Of a stretch of 64,000 nucleotides of DNA, positions 48,286-58,025 are shown piece by piece. Each line of letters opens with the position of its first letter. Position 1 is the stretch's first letter. The notes below the pieces were generated by a model that worked only from the letters and a program-made list of their open reading frames with translations, was not told the origin of the DNA and made no database searches. The stretch comes from an uncultured Ignavibacteriales bacterium (GTDB lineage Bacteria > Zixibacteria > MSB-5A5 > GN15 > FEB-12): the NCBI GenBank assembly GCA_964526835.1, contig CAZGMK010000015.1, forward strand, positions 3,983 to 67,982. Direction: 5' to 3'. The position numbers and the translations under genes are program-made.

Positions 48286-49608
48286 TCACGAACGCAGCGA
48301 CGGCGGCGGGCTGACCGGTGGCGGCGCAGGATTGCTCGATCCCATCGGCCTCGATGCCCCCGGGCCGGGCCGGCAGTTCCGAATACCCAGGACAATCGCG
48401 CCGGCTCCTATGATGGCGGCCAGTATCCCCAGGACCGAGCCGACCCAGGGAATCCAGAACACCAGCGTGAGCACGATGAGGCCGAGAAACAGCTGGGTCT
48501 TGCTGAGGTCCGCCGGATGCGACTTGATGAGCCGGACCAGTCCATAGCCGACCAGCATAGCGATCGTGACTTTGCCGGTGTACAGTACAATTGCACCACT
48601 GATGGTTGCGAAGCCTGTAACCGGAAGCATGGTAACCGAGAAGATTACCAGGAGCGCACCCAGGAATGAGCTTTCGCCGCCGACCATCAACACACCAATC
48701 GCCAGGAAGGTCAGAGAAAGCGCCAGGATGACGATGCTTACCAGGCACACGAGTACGGTCAGCAGTCCGGCGGCCAGGGAGACTGTCGGACGGCCGCGCA
48801 GTTCCAGGCAGGTCTGCCGGGCGTAGCGACCGAAAACGTGAATCAGGATGACACCGAAGAGAAAGGCGGCCAGCATCTTCGAGGTCGTGATGACGACCGA
48901 CCGAAAAACCTGCCGGGACTCATCCTGCGCTATCTCTTCCGACTCAGGTTCCAGTATGCTGACCGAGCCCAGAATGGTTACGCCGCCCGCTGAGTCTATC
49001 TCAACCATCTTCGCATCGGACTGATAGGTGACGTTCCCCTTGATCACTGCCGGAGGAACAATCGAGATCTGCTCGCAGTCCAGGTGAACGTCGCCGTCGA
49101 TCTGTCCCGATATGTCGATGCTACCGCCCCTGAAGGCAAGGTCGCCCATTACGGTGCCGGCGAGGTGGGCCCGGTTGCCCAGAGCATAGACGTCGCGTCG
49201 AATAGCAGCTCTCGGGCCAACGCGAATCTCGCTGCCGATGGCCATGAGCGAACGGCCGACGAAGCCATCCACCAGAACTCTCATGCCCCCGGCTCGCAAA
49301 GAACCCGCGGTTTTGCCGCGGTGGTGGAAACTCTCCGCCCAAACATTGGCTGAACCGCCGATCTCTCCGTCGCACGTGAAATCCTGACCCAGTGCAAACA
49401 GGTCACCCCCCACATAGCCGTCGATGATTATCGTCCCGCCAAGGGCGTAGAAATCATCCTGGAGGCGATGCAGGTTGGATATCTCGACTCGCTTGCCTCG
49501 GTCGAAAGTCACCGCCTCGGTAGAGACAGACGTACTCAGAAGCAGGGACGCGACCAAGAGAGAAAACAGTGATCCGGACAGTGTTGATCTGGCAGCAGAC
49601 AGCAACAT
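48286..49608 (-). CDS. Membrane protein with bactofilin-like (polymer-forming) beta-helical repeats and C-terminal TM helices
   Basis: Signal peptide; repeats IIIDGYVGGDL, GEIGGSA, GTVMGDL, ISGQIDGDV, IKGNV; five to six hydrophobic segments. Confidence 0.8.
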   Translation of the reverse strand: MLLSAARSTLSGSLFSLLVASLLLSTSVSTEAVTFDRGKRVEISNLHRLQDDFYALGGTIIIDGYVGGDLFALGQDFTCDGEIGGSANVWAESFHHRGKTAGSLRAGGMRVLVDGFVGRSLMAIGSEIRVGPRAAIRRDVYALGNRAHLAGTVMGDLAFRGGSIDISGQIDGDVHLDCEQISIVPPAVIKGNVTYQSDAKMVEIDSAGGVTILGSVSILEPESEEIAQDESRQVFRSVVITTSKMLAAFLFGVILIHVFGRYARQTCLELRGRPTVSLAAGLLTVLVCLVSIVILALSLTFLAIGVLMVGGESSFLGALLVIFSVTMLPVTGFATISGAIVLYTGKVTIAMLVGYGLVRLIKSHPADLSKTQLFLGLIVLTLVFWIPWVGSVLGILAAIIGAGAIVLGIRNCRPGPGASRPMGSSNPAPPPVSPPPSLRS

Positions 49609-49920
49609 ATGACTGATTTACGCTTTCCAAACCTAAGTGGTTGCCACCAATATTACCGGCTCTGGGTATGACTGCCAAGCAAAAAACCGGAGGCAACAGA
49701 CGCGGCGAATTCCTTGCACGTTGATCCCGGTCCGCGCGGTATCCGTCGCATCGGCTATGGTGTTGCTGCTCTGCGGCTTCCGTGGCGGTCGTCGGCCTCT
49801 GGCGCATTCTTTGGTCTGCAGGCCCGGGCAATAAGTCGATTGTCAGGGCGTAAATCCTTTGATCACAATAAATAAGTATGCAATCCCGCCGATATTAGCC
49901 AGAGAGGCTGGATAGCGCTG

Positions 49921-51480
49921 ATGAAGCTGTTTCTGGACCGAAATAAGACCCTACTGCCGCGTATCGACACAATCTATCTACTGACCCGGATGATGATTCT
50001 GGTCGGGGTGGCCTGGTTTGTTCTCCTGGGCGACTACCCTGATTCCGCCCGGCCGCTCATGTGGGGAGTCGGGGTTACGTTTGTCCTTCATCTGGCCGTC
50101 CTGGCTCTGGCCGTAGCCGGGCGGTTTGATATCAAGCTGGCCTACTTCTCAGCCATCCTCTACGACCTCATATTGATACCGATCATGATTCTCCATACCG
50201 GCGGCATGGAGTCCTCATACTATCTGCTCTACTACCTGACTGCGGCTGTAGCGGCCTATGTGCTTACCTTCTGGTTTGCTTCGGCGGTTGCCCTCATATG
50301 CATCCTGGGTTACGTAGTGGCTATAGGCCCGGGAATCACGTCGGACAACCTGTACGATGTCGCTTTGAGGGCGGGCTTCGTGGTCGTTTGTTTCCTTGCG
50401 GTAAGTTACTCATCCGAGTATCTGCGCCGTTCGGAGAAGCGTATCCTGAACCTGTTCAACACCCTCAACCAGCGCACTTCCGAGCTGGAAAAGTCACAGG
50501 CGCAGTTGCAGATGATCTATGAGAACACTCGCATCCTGGCCGCGATCCTGGACACCGACGGGATTGTCCGTGAGGTCGTAAGGCTGCTTAAGGAACTGCT
50601 GCAATTGCGGAACTACTCGGTGATATTCCGTGACAAGTCCGGCAGCTACTTCTTCCGCGCCCGCGTGTCTGACGGAGAGCCGGCTTACCAGCACGACCCG
50701 GTCGATACAGACCGCCTGGCCCTGGTCGCCAAGGTCTGTGATCTGGAGGAGCCTATCCGGATCAAGGACATCACCAGCCGCGATGATTACGAACCACTCA
50801 GTGCCCGCGCCCACTCGGTCATGTTAGTGCCGCTTGTCTCGCGCGGCATCGCCCGCGGCGCCTTGACCGCGGAATCGTCCGAGCCGGATCACTTCAAGGA
50901 GCGCGACCTGCAGATGTTTTCGATTGTAGCTCGCTCAGCCGCCCTGGCCCTCGATAATGCCGAACTGCACAAGAAGACCGAGGAACTCACGATTTTCGAT
51001 GAACTTACGCAGACTTACAATTACCGTTACTTCTCGCGAAAGCTCGATGAAGAGAAGCGCCGCGCCTTCCGCTATAACATGCCGCTGTCTTTGGTGATGG
51101 TGGACATTGACTATTTCAAGAAATTGAACGATACCTACGGACATGAAAATGGTAACCGGGTGTTGCGACAGCTATCCAGTATCATCAAGAGCTGTATCCG
51201 GGACGTCGATATCTTCGCCCGTTACGGGGGGGAGGAATTCGCCATCATCCTCCCCCAGACGAACAAGGAGGAGGCCGGGTATATAGGCGAACGGATTCGC
51301 AGCCGCGTGGATGAGACCGAGTTTCTTCTGGAAGGCGTACCTCCGGTACGAGTGACGGTTTCGGTTGGAATATCGTGCTTCCCGGAAAATGGCAGGAGTC
51401 CGCAGCAACTCGTTAAGATTGCCGATCAGGCGCTGTATAAGGCGAAAGGCGATGGACGAAACCTGGTAAGATCAATGTAG
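49921..51480 (+). CDS. Membrane-bound GAF-GGDEF diguanylate cyclase
   Basis: N-terminal TM helices; GAF (VMLVPL...LTAES); DIDYFKKLNDTYGH, I-site RDVD, ARYGGEEF, ADQALYKAK. Confidence 0.96.
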   Translation: MKLFLDRNKTLLPRIDTIYLLTRMMILVGVAWFVLLGDYPDSARPLMWGVGVTFVLHLAVLALAVAGRFDIKLAYFSAILYDLILIPIMILHTGGMESSYYLLYYLTAAVAAYVLTFWFASAVALICILGYVVAIGPGITSDNLYDVALRAGFVVVCFLAVSYSSEYLRRSEKRILNLFNTLNQRTSELEKSQAQLQMIYENTRILAAILDTDGIVREVVRLLKELLQLRNYSVIFRDKSGSYFFRARVSDGEPAYQHDPVDTDRLALVAKVCDLEEPIRIKDITSRDDYEPLSARAHSVMLVPLVSRGIARGALTAESSEPDHFKERDLQMFSIVARSAALALDNAELHKKTEELTIFDELTQTYNYRYFSRKLDEEKRRAFRYNMPLSLVMVDIDYFKKLNDTYGHENGNRVLRQLSSIIKSCIRDVDIFARYGGEEFAIILPQTNKEEAGYIGERIRSRVDETEFLLEGVPPVRVTVSVGISCFPENGRSPQQLVKIADQALYKAKGDGRNLVRSM

Positions 51481-51522
51481 AGGTCACGGACAGACCTGAC
51501 CGCTCGACAGGATGTTGACTGA

Positions 51523-52524
51523 ATGAGTACCCTGCCAGAACAAATAGCCGAATTACTGATTGTATCCTATCGCGGGGATCATCCACCCAGGGAGTTTCTC
51601 CAGTTCCTGGAACGATATCAGATCGGTGGAGTCATCTTCTTCGCCGATAATGCGCCTAGCCCGGAACAGTTATCGTCCTCTCTCGATGCCATCCGGGCCA
51701 TGTATGAATCCGATCATCCACCGATCCTGGCCATCGATCAGGAGGGTGGGCGAGTCAGTCGCCTCACCGATGAAGCATATCAACTCAGATCGGCCTTCGA
51801 ATACGGCTCGGAAGCCAACAACGATGCTTTCAATGCGGACTATGGGCGCGTGGCGGCCAATCTGGCCGACCTGGGGCTGAACCTGAACTTTGCACCGGTG
51901 GCCGACCTTGCGGTCAATCCGAACAACGAATGCCTGCAGGGGCGTTGTTTCTCCGATGACCCGGAGCGAGCCGCAGAACTGGTGGCAGCTTCGGTGCAGA
52001 TTGCCCATCGGTCCGGGCTGCTGTGTTGTCTGAAGCACTTCCCGGGTCTGGGTGCGGCGGATGTCGATCCGCATCACCAGGCCACATCCGCCGACTACGA
52101 TCGGGGGATTTGGCGCGAGCGGGAGAGAATCCCCTTCGCTGCCGGCCTGGCGGCCGGGGGGGATTTGGTGATGACGACTCATCTGACAGTGTCGCCGCTC
52201 GACCCCGAAATGGCCACCGCCTCGGCACGCATCGTGGGAGAGCTGCTTCGCGACGATCTCGAATACGACGGCCCGGTGATAACTGATGACCTGACCATGA
52301 GCGGGGCGTCAGCCTTGGGTGACTATGGGGCACGCTCGGTCGCGGCCCTGAAGGCCGGCCATGACCTGCTCCTGTTCGGACAGGACCACGCCGCGCCGGG
52401 CCAGGCGCTGCAGGCGATCGAACAGGCAGTGCGAAGCGGCGAGCTGGAGCGTAACCGTATCGAGCAGGCCCGGCGGCGAGTAAAAAAACTGAAGCGTCAC
52501 CTATGGCGGCGACTGGTTAGCTGA
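51523..52524 (+). CDS. nagZ: Beta-N-acetylhexosaminidase (GH3 NagZ)
   Basis: AIDQEGGRV, NFAPVAD, KHFPGLGAADVDPH, ITDDLTM. Confidence 0.92.
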   Translation: MSTLPEQIAELLIVSYRGDHPPREFLQFLERYQIGGVIFFADNAPSPEQLSSSLDAIRAMYESDHPPILAIDQEGGRVSRLTDEAYQLRSAFEYGSEANNDAFNADYGRVAANLADLGLNLNFAPVADLAVNPNNECLQGRCFSDDPERAAELVAASVQIAHRSGLLCCLKHFPGLGAADVDPHHQATSADYDRGIWRERERIPFAAGLAAGGDLVMTTHLTVSPLDPEMATASARIVGELLRDDLEYDGPVITDDLTMSGASALGDYGARSVAALKAGHDLLLFGQDHAAPGQALQAIEQAVRSGELERNRIEQARRRVKKLKRHLWRRLVS

Positions 52525-52534
52525 ACACAGGGAC

Positions 52535-53734
52535 GTGAAAGTGCTCGCAAGACTCCTGAAGAGAAAGAAGCTCACTGTCGTAGGACTGAACTCCGGCACT
52601 TCCATGGATGGTGTGGATGCCGCGGCCATTCAGATCAGGCGGGATCGCGGCAGACTGAGGATTACGTATCTCGACGGACTGACCAGGAAGTACCCGGCAA
52701 GACTCCGGGCCGGCGTTCGCGCCGCGGCCGATTGGGATAGAGTCGCGCCCGATGAACTGGTGTTGCTCGATGCGGCCCTCGGAAGATTCTTCGGAAAGAC
52801 CGCACAGGCTCTTCTGAAGCGCCTGAGCGCCGACAACACGAGGGTGGATCTCGTTGCCTCGCACGGCCAGACAGTCCGGCATCTGCCGTCGCCGGTCGAA
52901 TACGCCGGGGCCAGGCTGAGCGGTACGCTGCAGCTCGCCTCGGCCGAGCGCATTGCCGCCGCTACCGGCACGGTTGTCGTGGCGGATTTCCGTCAGGCAG
53001 ATGTCGCGGCCGGGGGAGAGGGAGCGCCGGTTACCGCCGGCGCCATCGAGCGCCTGGTGGCTTCGTCGGGACGATCGCGCCTGCTAGTCAATATCGGCGG
53101 CATGGCCAACTATTTCTATTTCCCGGTTTCGAGCTGTCGGGCGAAACCCAGGGCGGCCGATTGTGGGCCGGGCAACAGCCTTTCCGACCTGCTTGCCGAA
53201 CGCCTGTTTGACAGGTCATTCGATCGTGGCGGACGTCTGGCCGCGCGCGGGCGGATTTCCGAACGGCTGCTGTCGCTCCTCTTGGCCGATCCGTTCTTTA
53301 TGGGCAAGTGCGTTTCGACCGGGCGTGAGACTTTCGGCGCCCGCATGGCCCGGAGCATTATGGATTTCGGCAGGGACAATCTGCTGGGTTCCCATGACCT
53401 GATGCGCACCGCCGCCGAACTAACCACCCGGAGCATCGCGATGGCCGTGTGGCCGATCGTGCGCCGTGACACCGGTCTGGATAAATTGTATTTGACCGGA
53501 GGCGGACGACACAACAGCTTCTTCGTCGGACGTCTGCGCCATCATCTACCCGACCTCGACATTGTCCCGGTCGAGGAATTGGGCTATGACGGCGATTACC
53601 TGGAGGCGGTGTCTTTTGCCGTGTTGGGCGAGGCTGCTCTGCACGGTGAGGCATTGCCGACCTATTCACCGCGTCCGCGCGGCAAAGCCGGGGTGCTAGG
53701 ACGAATCGTCCAGCCACCGGTAGACAGCAAGTAG
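52535..53734 (+). CDS. anmK: Anhydro-N-acetylmuramic acid kinase
   Basis: GLNSGTSMDGVD, SHGQTVRH, DFRQADVAAGGEGAP, VNIGGMAN, DCGPGN, TGGG, EAVSFA. Confidence 0.97.
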   Translation: MKVLARLLKRKKLTVVGLNSGTSMDGVDAAAIQIRRDRGRLRITYLDGLTRKYPARLRAGVRAAADWDRVAPDELVLLDAALGRFFGKTAQALLKRLSADNTRVDLVASHGQTVRHLPSPVEYAGARLSGTLQLASAERIAAATGTVVVADFRQADVAAGGEGAPVTAGAIERLVASSGRSRLLVNIGGMANYFYFPVSSCRAKPRAADCGPGNSLSDLLAERLFDRSFDRGGRLAARGRISERLLSLLLADPFFMGKCVSTGRETFGARMARSIMDFGRDNLLGSHDLMRTAAELTTRSIAMAVWPIVRRDTGLDKLYLTGGGRHNSFFVGRLRHHLPDLDIVPVEELGYDGDYLEAVSFAVLGEAALHGEALPTYSPRPRGKAGVLGRIVQPPVDSK

Positions 53735-53741
53735 GATCACA

Positions 53742-55052
53742 ATGCTCAATCGCGGCCGACATGAGAAAAGCACCTGGCCGGCAGTCACGCCGCTGCGCAA
53801 GTTAGTGCGCCTGACCGCCCGGGTCGGGACGGCCATACTGCTGGTGGTACTCGTCTATAGTTGCGCCACCGTGCCCGGGCTGCGCGAGGAAGCCTCCTCG
53901 ACGTATATCCGAGTGCCGTTTGTGCGGGTGCTGCTTGATGAGGGCCAGGACAGCATAACCGTGGCGGCCGATCACCTGTACGCTCTTGAGTGTCTGTCGG
54001 CAGGCAATCAGGAAGTCTTCTACACTTCGCGCCCCAGTAGCGTCGTCAATTTCCAGGGCCGCCTTGATGTGCTGGCCAATGACGGGCGCCCGCTGGCCCG
54101 CAATCTTGACGAAGTCAACGTTATCCCCCGCGGCAATGACAATTTCCTGGCGCTGCAGGATAAGCGCTACCGCGGCCTGTTTAAGTTGCTGCCGAACGGT
54201 GTCAACGTGCAAATAATCAATGTAGTTTACATGGAAGACTATCTACAGGGCGTGGTACCGCCTGAGATTGGCCAGCGGACCGAGGATGAGCTCGAGGCCG
54301 TGAAGGCCCAGGCAATTGCCGCCAGGACTTACGCCATATCGCACCTGCAGCAGTATGATGGCGTTCCCTACGACATGAAGTCCTCGATCATCGATCAGCT
54401 ATACCACGGTGTTCAGGTGGAGAACCGCGTAGTGAACCGCGCGATCGCAGAGACGGCCGGCCTGGTGGCGATGTACAACGACAATTTCATCCAGGCGTAC
54501 TACCACTCGACCTGCGGCGGAATGACCGACGACATCGCCTCGGTCTGGGATCGTCTCGATGTGCCGTATCTGAGGCCCGTCTCCGACAGCGGGGCCTGCT
54601 CTTGGTCCAAATACTATACATGGATCGAGCATTTCAGCGAAGCCCAGTTGCGAGGCCGGATAGAGCAGTATCTTTCGGCCGACCGCGGCCGCGACTTGCG
54701 TATTGGACGCATTCGGAATGTCCTGATCCAGGATCGCACCCCGGGGGGACGTGTGGAGCAGATGCATATCAGCACCGATAACGATGTCTACAGGTTTTAC
54801 AAGGATCGTATCCGTTGGGTGGTTGGTCGAACCTCGAACCCCGATCTGATACTCCCCTCGGACCGGTTCGATATCGAAGTGACCCGCACCTACGACAACT
54901 ACGTCGAGGCGGTCAGCTTCAAGGGACGGGGATACGGGCATGGGGTGGGCATGTGCCAATGCGGGGCCATAGGCCTGGCGCGGCAGGGATGGAGTTTCGA
55001 TCGCATTCTCAAGCACTACTACACCGGCATCGAATTGCGCAAGATGTACTGA
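53742..55052 (+). CDS. SpoIID/LytB-domain lytic transglycosylase, probable lipoprotein
   Basis: YRG, EDYLQGVVPPE, EAVKAQAIAARTYA, DQLYHG, YYHSTCGG, GYGHGVGMCQCGA; lipobox VYSC. Confidence 0.95.
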   Translation: MLNRGRHEKSTWPAVTPLRKLVRLTARVGTAILLVVLVYSCATVPGLREEASSTYIRVPFVRVLLDEGQDSITVAADHLYALECLSAGNQEVFYTSRPSSVVNFQGRLDVLANDGRPLARNLDEVNVIPRGNDNFLALQDKRYRGLFKLLPNGVNVQIINVVYMEDYLQGVVPPEIGQRTEDELEAVKAQAIAARTYAISHLQQYDGVPYDMKSSIIDQLYHGVQVENRVVNRAIAETAGLVAMYNDNFIQAYYHSTCGGMTDDIASVWDRLDVPYLRPVSDSGACSWSKYYTWIEHFSEAQLRGRIEQYLSADRGRDLRIGRIRNVLIQDRTPGGRVEQMHISTDNDVYRFYKDRIRWVVGRTSNPDLILPSDRFDIEVTRTYDNYVEAVSFKGRGYGHGVGMCQCGAIGLARQGWSFDRILKHYYTGIELRKMY

Positions 55053-55099
55053 GACTTTTTTGTTTGATTTCCCGGTGCGTCGGTGTCACCATGCAGTAG

Positions 55100-56542
55100 A
55101 TGTGTCGCCCAATTCTCACAGCAATTCTGAGCCTGATCCCCCTTCTGGTTGCTCAGGCCGAAGAACCGCGCTTCAGCATTGAGGCCCGTGGCGGCGTGGC
55201 TCGTCTGTACGGTGGTGAGGATGCCTTCGTCCCGTTTCAGAAGGCTTGGGGCGCCCGCTTCGGTTTCCGCCTGGCGGAACGCTATACGCTGGGTTTCGAC
55301 ATCGGCAGATATCAGCTTTACAATGATACTACCGGCGGTTCCGCCTTCGACCTGGGGAACACCGAGAGCGACGCCACGTGGCGATTCAACGGAACTCGCC
55401 TCGGTGTAACTGTTGATCGAGAATTACTCTCGCCCGCCCATGGCCTGCGCTGGTCGATCGGTGCGGGAGGCGGATTGATGCTGTGGGAGATCACCGATCC
55501 GGCTGCGGATACGGCGCTCAAGGTGGACGGCTCGCGCGGGCAGACAATGGACTACTCGGCCGATGAGCTTGTCCTGTCCGGGCAGACCCTGATCGGACTG
55601 GCGCTTTCGTCTCACTGGACCGTCGGGCTTCATGTCCGAGCCGATTACCTGACCGGTCTCGGGACAGACTTTGCTGATACCGTGTCGGACCGGCGCCATG
55701 ACCTGCTGGTCGAGGGAATGCTGGCTGTTCGGTTCAATTGGGGCAAGACTCACTATGGCTGGAAATCGGAGCGGTCGTGGGTGACCCAGCCGGCTACTAG
55801 AGAGCAGGTTTATCAACGCCAGGGTGACGGCGACAACGACGGCGTAGCGGACGCCGATGATCGCTGTCCCAACACCAGGCCCGGCGTTGTCGTGGATAGA
55901 TACGGATGTGCTATTGACTCCGATCATGATGGTGTCCCCGATGGTCTTGACGATTGCCCCGGTACCCCCGCGCGAGCAAGGGGCCGGGTCGATGTCAGCG
56001 GATGTCCGGTTGACAGCGACTTTGATGGTATCCCCGATTATCGCGATGCTTGTCCGGACAGTCCGATCGCTGGAGCGGTGGACTCGGTCGGATGTTCCAT
56101 TGACAGCGACGGCGATGGTGTCCCCGACGGCCTGGATGATTGCCCCAACACTCTTGTCGGAGTGGATGTAGACGTTCATGGCTGCATCGACCTGTCGATG
56201 CTGGCTGAGCCTATGGTGCTGAATATCGACTATGTCAGCGGCTCATTCGAGGTCGATCCGAAGACCAAGGAACGGTTGAAGAGCCTGGCGCGAATCCTCG
56301 TCTTCGTGGAAGAAGTGAAAGTAGAAATCAATGGTTACACCGATAATATCGGCTTGGCAACCGCCAATAAAAAGCTGTCGGAAAAGCGAGCCGGGAGAGT
56401 GCGCGATTTCCTGGTCAGCCAGGGAGTCGCGGCTGAGAGAATGAAGGTATTCGGGCGGGGTGAAACGAATTTCGTAGCCTCCAACGATACGGCCGCCGGT
56501 CGCGCCAAGAACCGCCGAGTTGAATTGATCTTCTATTTCTGA
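55100..56542 (+). CDS. OmpA family protein: beta-barrel + thrombospondin type-3 repeats + peptidoglycan-binding domain
   Basis: Four DxDxDGVxDxxDxCP units; GYTDNIG...NKKLSEKRA...GRGE...NRRVE. Confidence 0.95.
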   Translation: MCRPILTAILSLIPLLVAQAEEPRFSIEARGGVARLYGGEDAFVPFQKAWGARFGFRLAERYTLGFDIGRYQLYNDTTGGSAFDLGNTESDATWRFNGTRLGVTVDRELLSPAHGLRWSIGAGGGLMLWEITDPAADTALKVDGSRGQTMDYSADELVLSGQTLIGLALSSHWTVGLHVRADYLTGLGTDFADTVSDRRHDLLVEGMLAVRFNWGKTHYGWKSERSWVTQPATREQVYQRQGDGDNDGVADADDRCPNTRPGVVVDRYGCAIDSDHDGVPDGLDDCPGTPARARGRVDVSGCPVDSDFDGIPDYRDACPDSPIAGAVDSVGCSIDSDGDGVPDGLDDCPNTLVGVDVDVHGCIDLSMLAEPMVLNIDYVSGSFEVDPKTKERLKSLARILVFVEEVKVEINGYTDNIGLATANKKLSEKRAGRVRDFLVSQGVAAERMKVFGRGETNFVASNDTAAGRAKNRRVELIFYF

Positions 56543-56560
56543 CGATACTATACGTAGCCT

Positions 56561-57130
56561 ATGGAATTCGGTTATGTCATGGACCATATCGGCGAACGGC
56601 GCCACGATCGATTCGCCGTTGTGATATTTCTGCCGCCGCCACTAGAGCAGATAATCATGCCGCTGAGGGAGCGATACGACCCTATCTACAATCTGGTCGG
56701 CGCTCACGTAAGCCTTGTCTTTCCCTTCGACGCCCGCATGGGTATGGACGAACTGATGGCGGCGATCGGGGCCGAGACCGAGCACCGCAAGGCCTTCAAG
56801 ATAGAGCTGTCGTCCATCGGTGACTTCTACCCCAATGACCCGGTCATTTACTGGGAGGCCAGGAACAGTTCACACCTGACCGATCTGCATTTCAATCTGC
56901 ATATCCGCCTCGGTCTGGCGGTGCCGCACAAAGTCTTCAAACCTCATGTAACAGTGGCACGTGAAATTTCGCATCATCGGGTCACGCTGGTGAAAGAGAA
57001 GATCGCCCCGTGGCTTGCTGATGAGCACTTCATAGCGGATAAGATCGACCTGATCACACCTGTGACCGGGAACAAGTGGGTCTCGGTGAGAACCTTCCGG
57101 CTCAAGGATAACCCCGACGCCATCCTGTAG
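56561..57130 (+). CDS. 2H phosphoesterase (2'-5' RNA ligase family)
   Basis: Two HxS/T motifs: AHVSLVFPF and PHVTVA. Confidence 0.88.
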   Translation: MEFGYVMDHIGERRHDRFAVVIFLPPPLEQIIMPLRERYDPIYNLVGAHVSLVFPFDARMGMDELMAAIGAETEHRKAFKIELSSIGDFYPNDPVIYWEARNSSHLTDLHFNLHIRLGLAVPHKVFKPHVTVAREISHHRVTLVKEKIAPWLADEHFIADKIDLITPVTGNKWVSVRTFRLKDNPDAIL

Positions 57131-57251
57131 TTTGGTTGAGAGGTCGCCGCAGGCATCTTGAACCCTGGTCAGCCGAAGCAGGCAAAACAAACGGCGATCC
57201 CGAATGGCGGACCGCCGCAAACATACTCGTGATTCTTGAGTTGGCTTGAGG

Positions 57252-57836
57252 CTATTTGCCTTCCTCAACCTCTTCCGCCTTCTCGGCGCTCATGGTGTGT
57301 ACCTTCGACTTCATCTTTGAGAAGTCAAACGGCTTGAAATGGGGATTGCCTTCCTTCTTGTGGCAATTGACACACACTTCCTCGGTCGGGTAGATCAACC
57401 CCGCCTCAACCGCCATCTTTTCATATTCCTCGGGATTGGCCGCCCACTTCTTCTTATTCATAATCTTGGGTGACTTATATTCGCTGCCGGGACCGTGGCA
57501 TGCCTCGCATTCAACGCCGGTTATGATCTCGCCCTTGTCGTCGTGACCGGTCACATGGCAGGTGGCGCACTTCTGCTGTTTCTGCTCCTCTTCGCTCAGA
57601 GAGGCCCAGGCCTTGGCGTGACTGGTCTTCTCCCACGAGTCATACTGATCCTTGTGGCAGAACTTGCATTTCTTGGCGCCCACATAGTCGAATTCGCTAT
57701 CGATCTGCTCCGTGGCGCCGGTAATGTCGAACTTCGACTCCGCCTTCTTTTCGGCCTTTTCCTCGGCCAGGAGGGCCACGCTTACCATCATTAGCAGGGC
57801 CGCCAGTGTCAGTCCGATAATCGCCAGTCTTCTCAC
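57252..57836 (-). CDS. Periplasmic tetraheme cytochrome c (c554-like)
   Basis: Signal peptide; CKFCH, CATCH, CEACHGPGS, CVNCH. Confidence 0.93.
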   Translation of the reverse strand: MRRLAIIGLTLAALLMMVSVALLAEEKAEKKAESKFDITGATEQIDSEFDYVGAKKCKFCHKDQYDSWEKTSHAKAWASLSEEEQKQQKCATCHVTGHDDKGEIITGVECEACHGPGSEYKSPKIMNKKKWAANPEEYEKMAVEAGLIYPTEEVCVNCHKKEGNPHFKPFDFSKMKSKVHTMSAEKAEEVEEGK

Positions 57837-58025
57837 AGTCTCCTCACTTCCAATTGCGGTCTTGTGTATTCAGTGCTTTCTCTGTCACTATTCTGTCATA
57901 CCAAGATAGTCAGCGGTCTATACTCAGTCAAGCCGAGACCGGGGCAATCGGTCCCGTAAGTGATACGACCGGGAGAAATCGCTTGATTAATATTTCGATA
58001 AGAGATACCTTGCGTGCGGTTTGGT

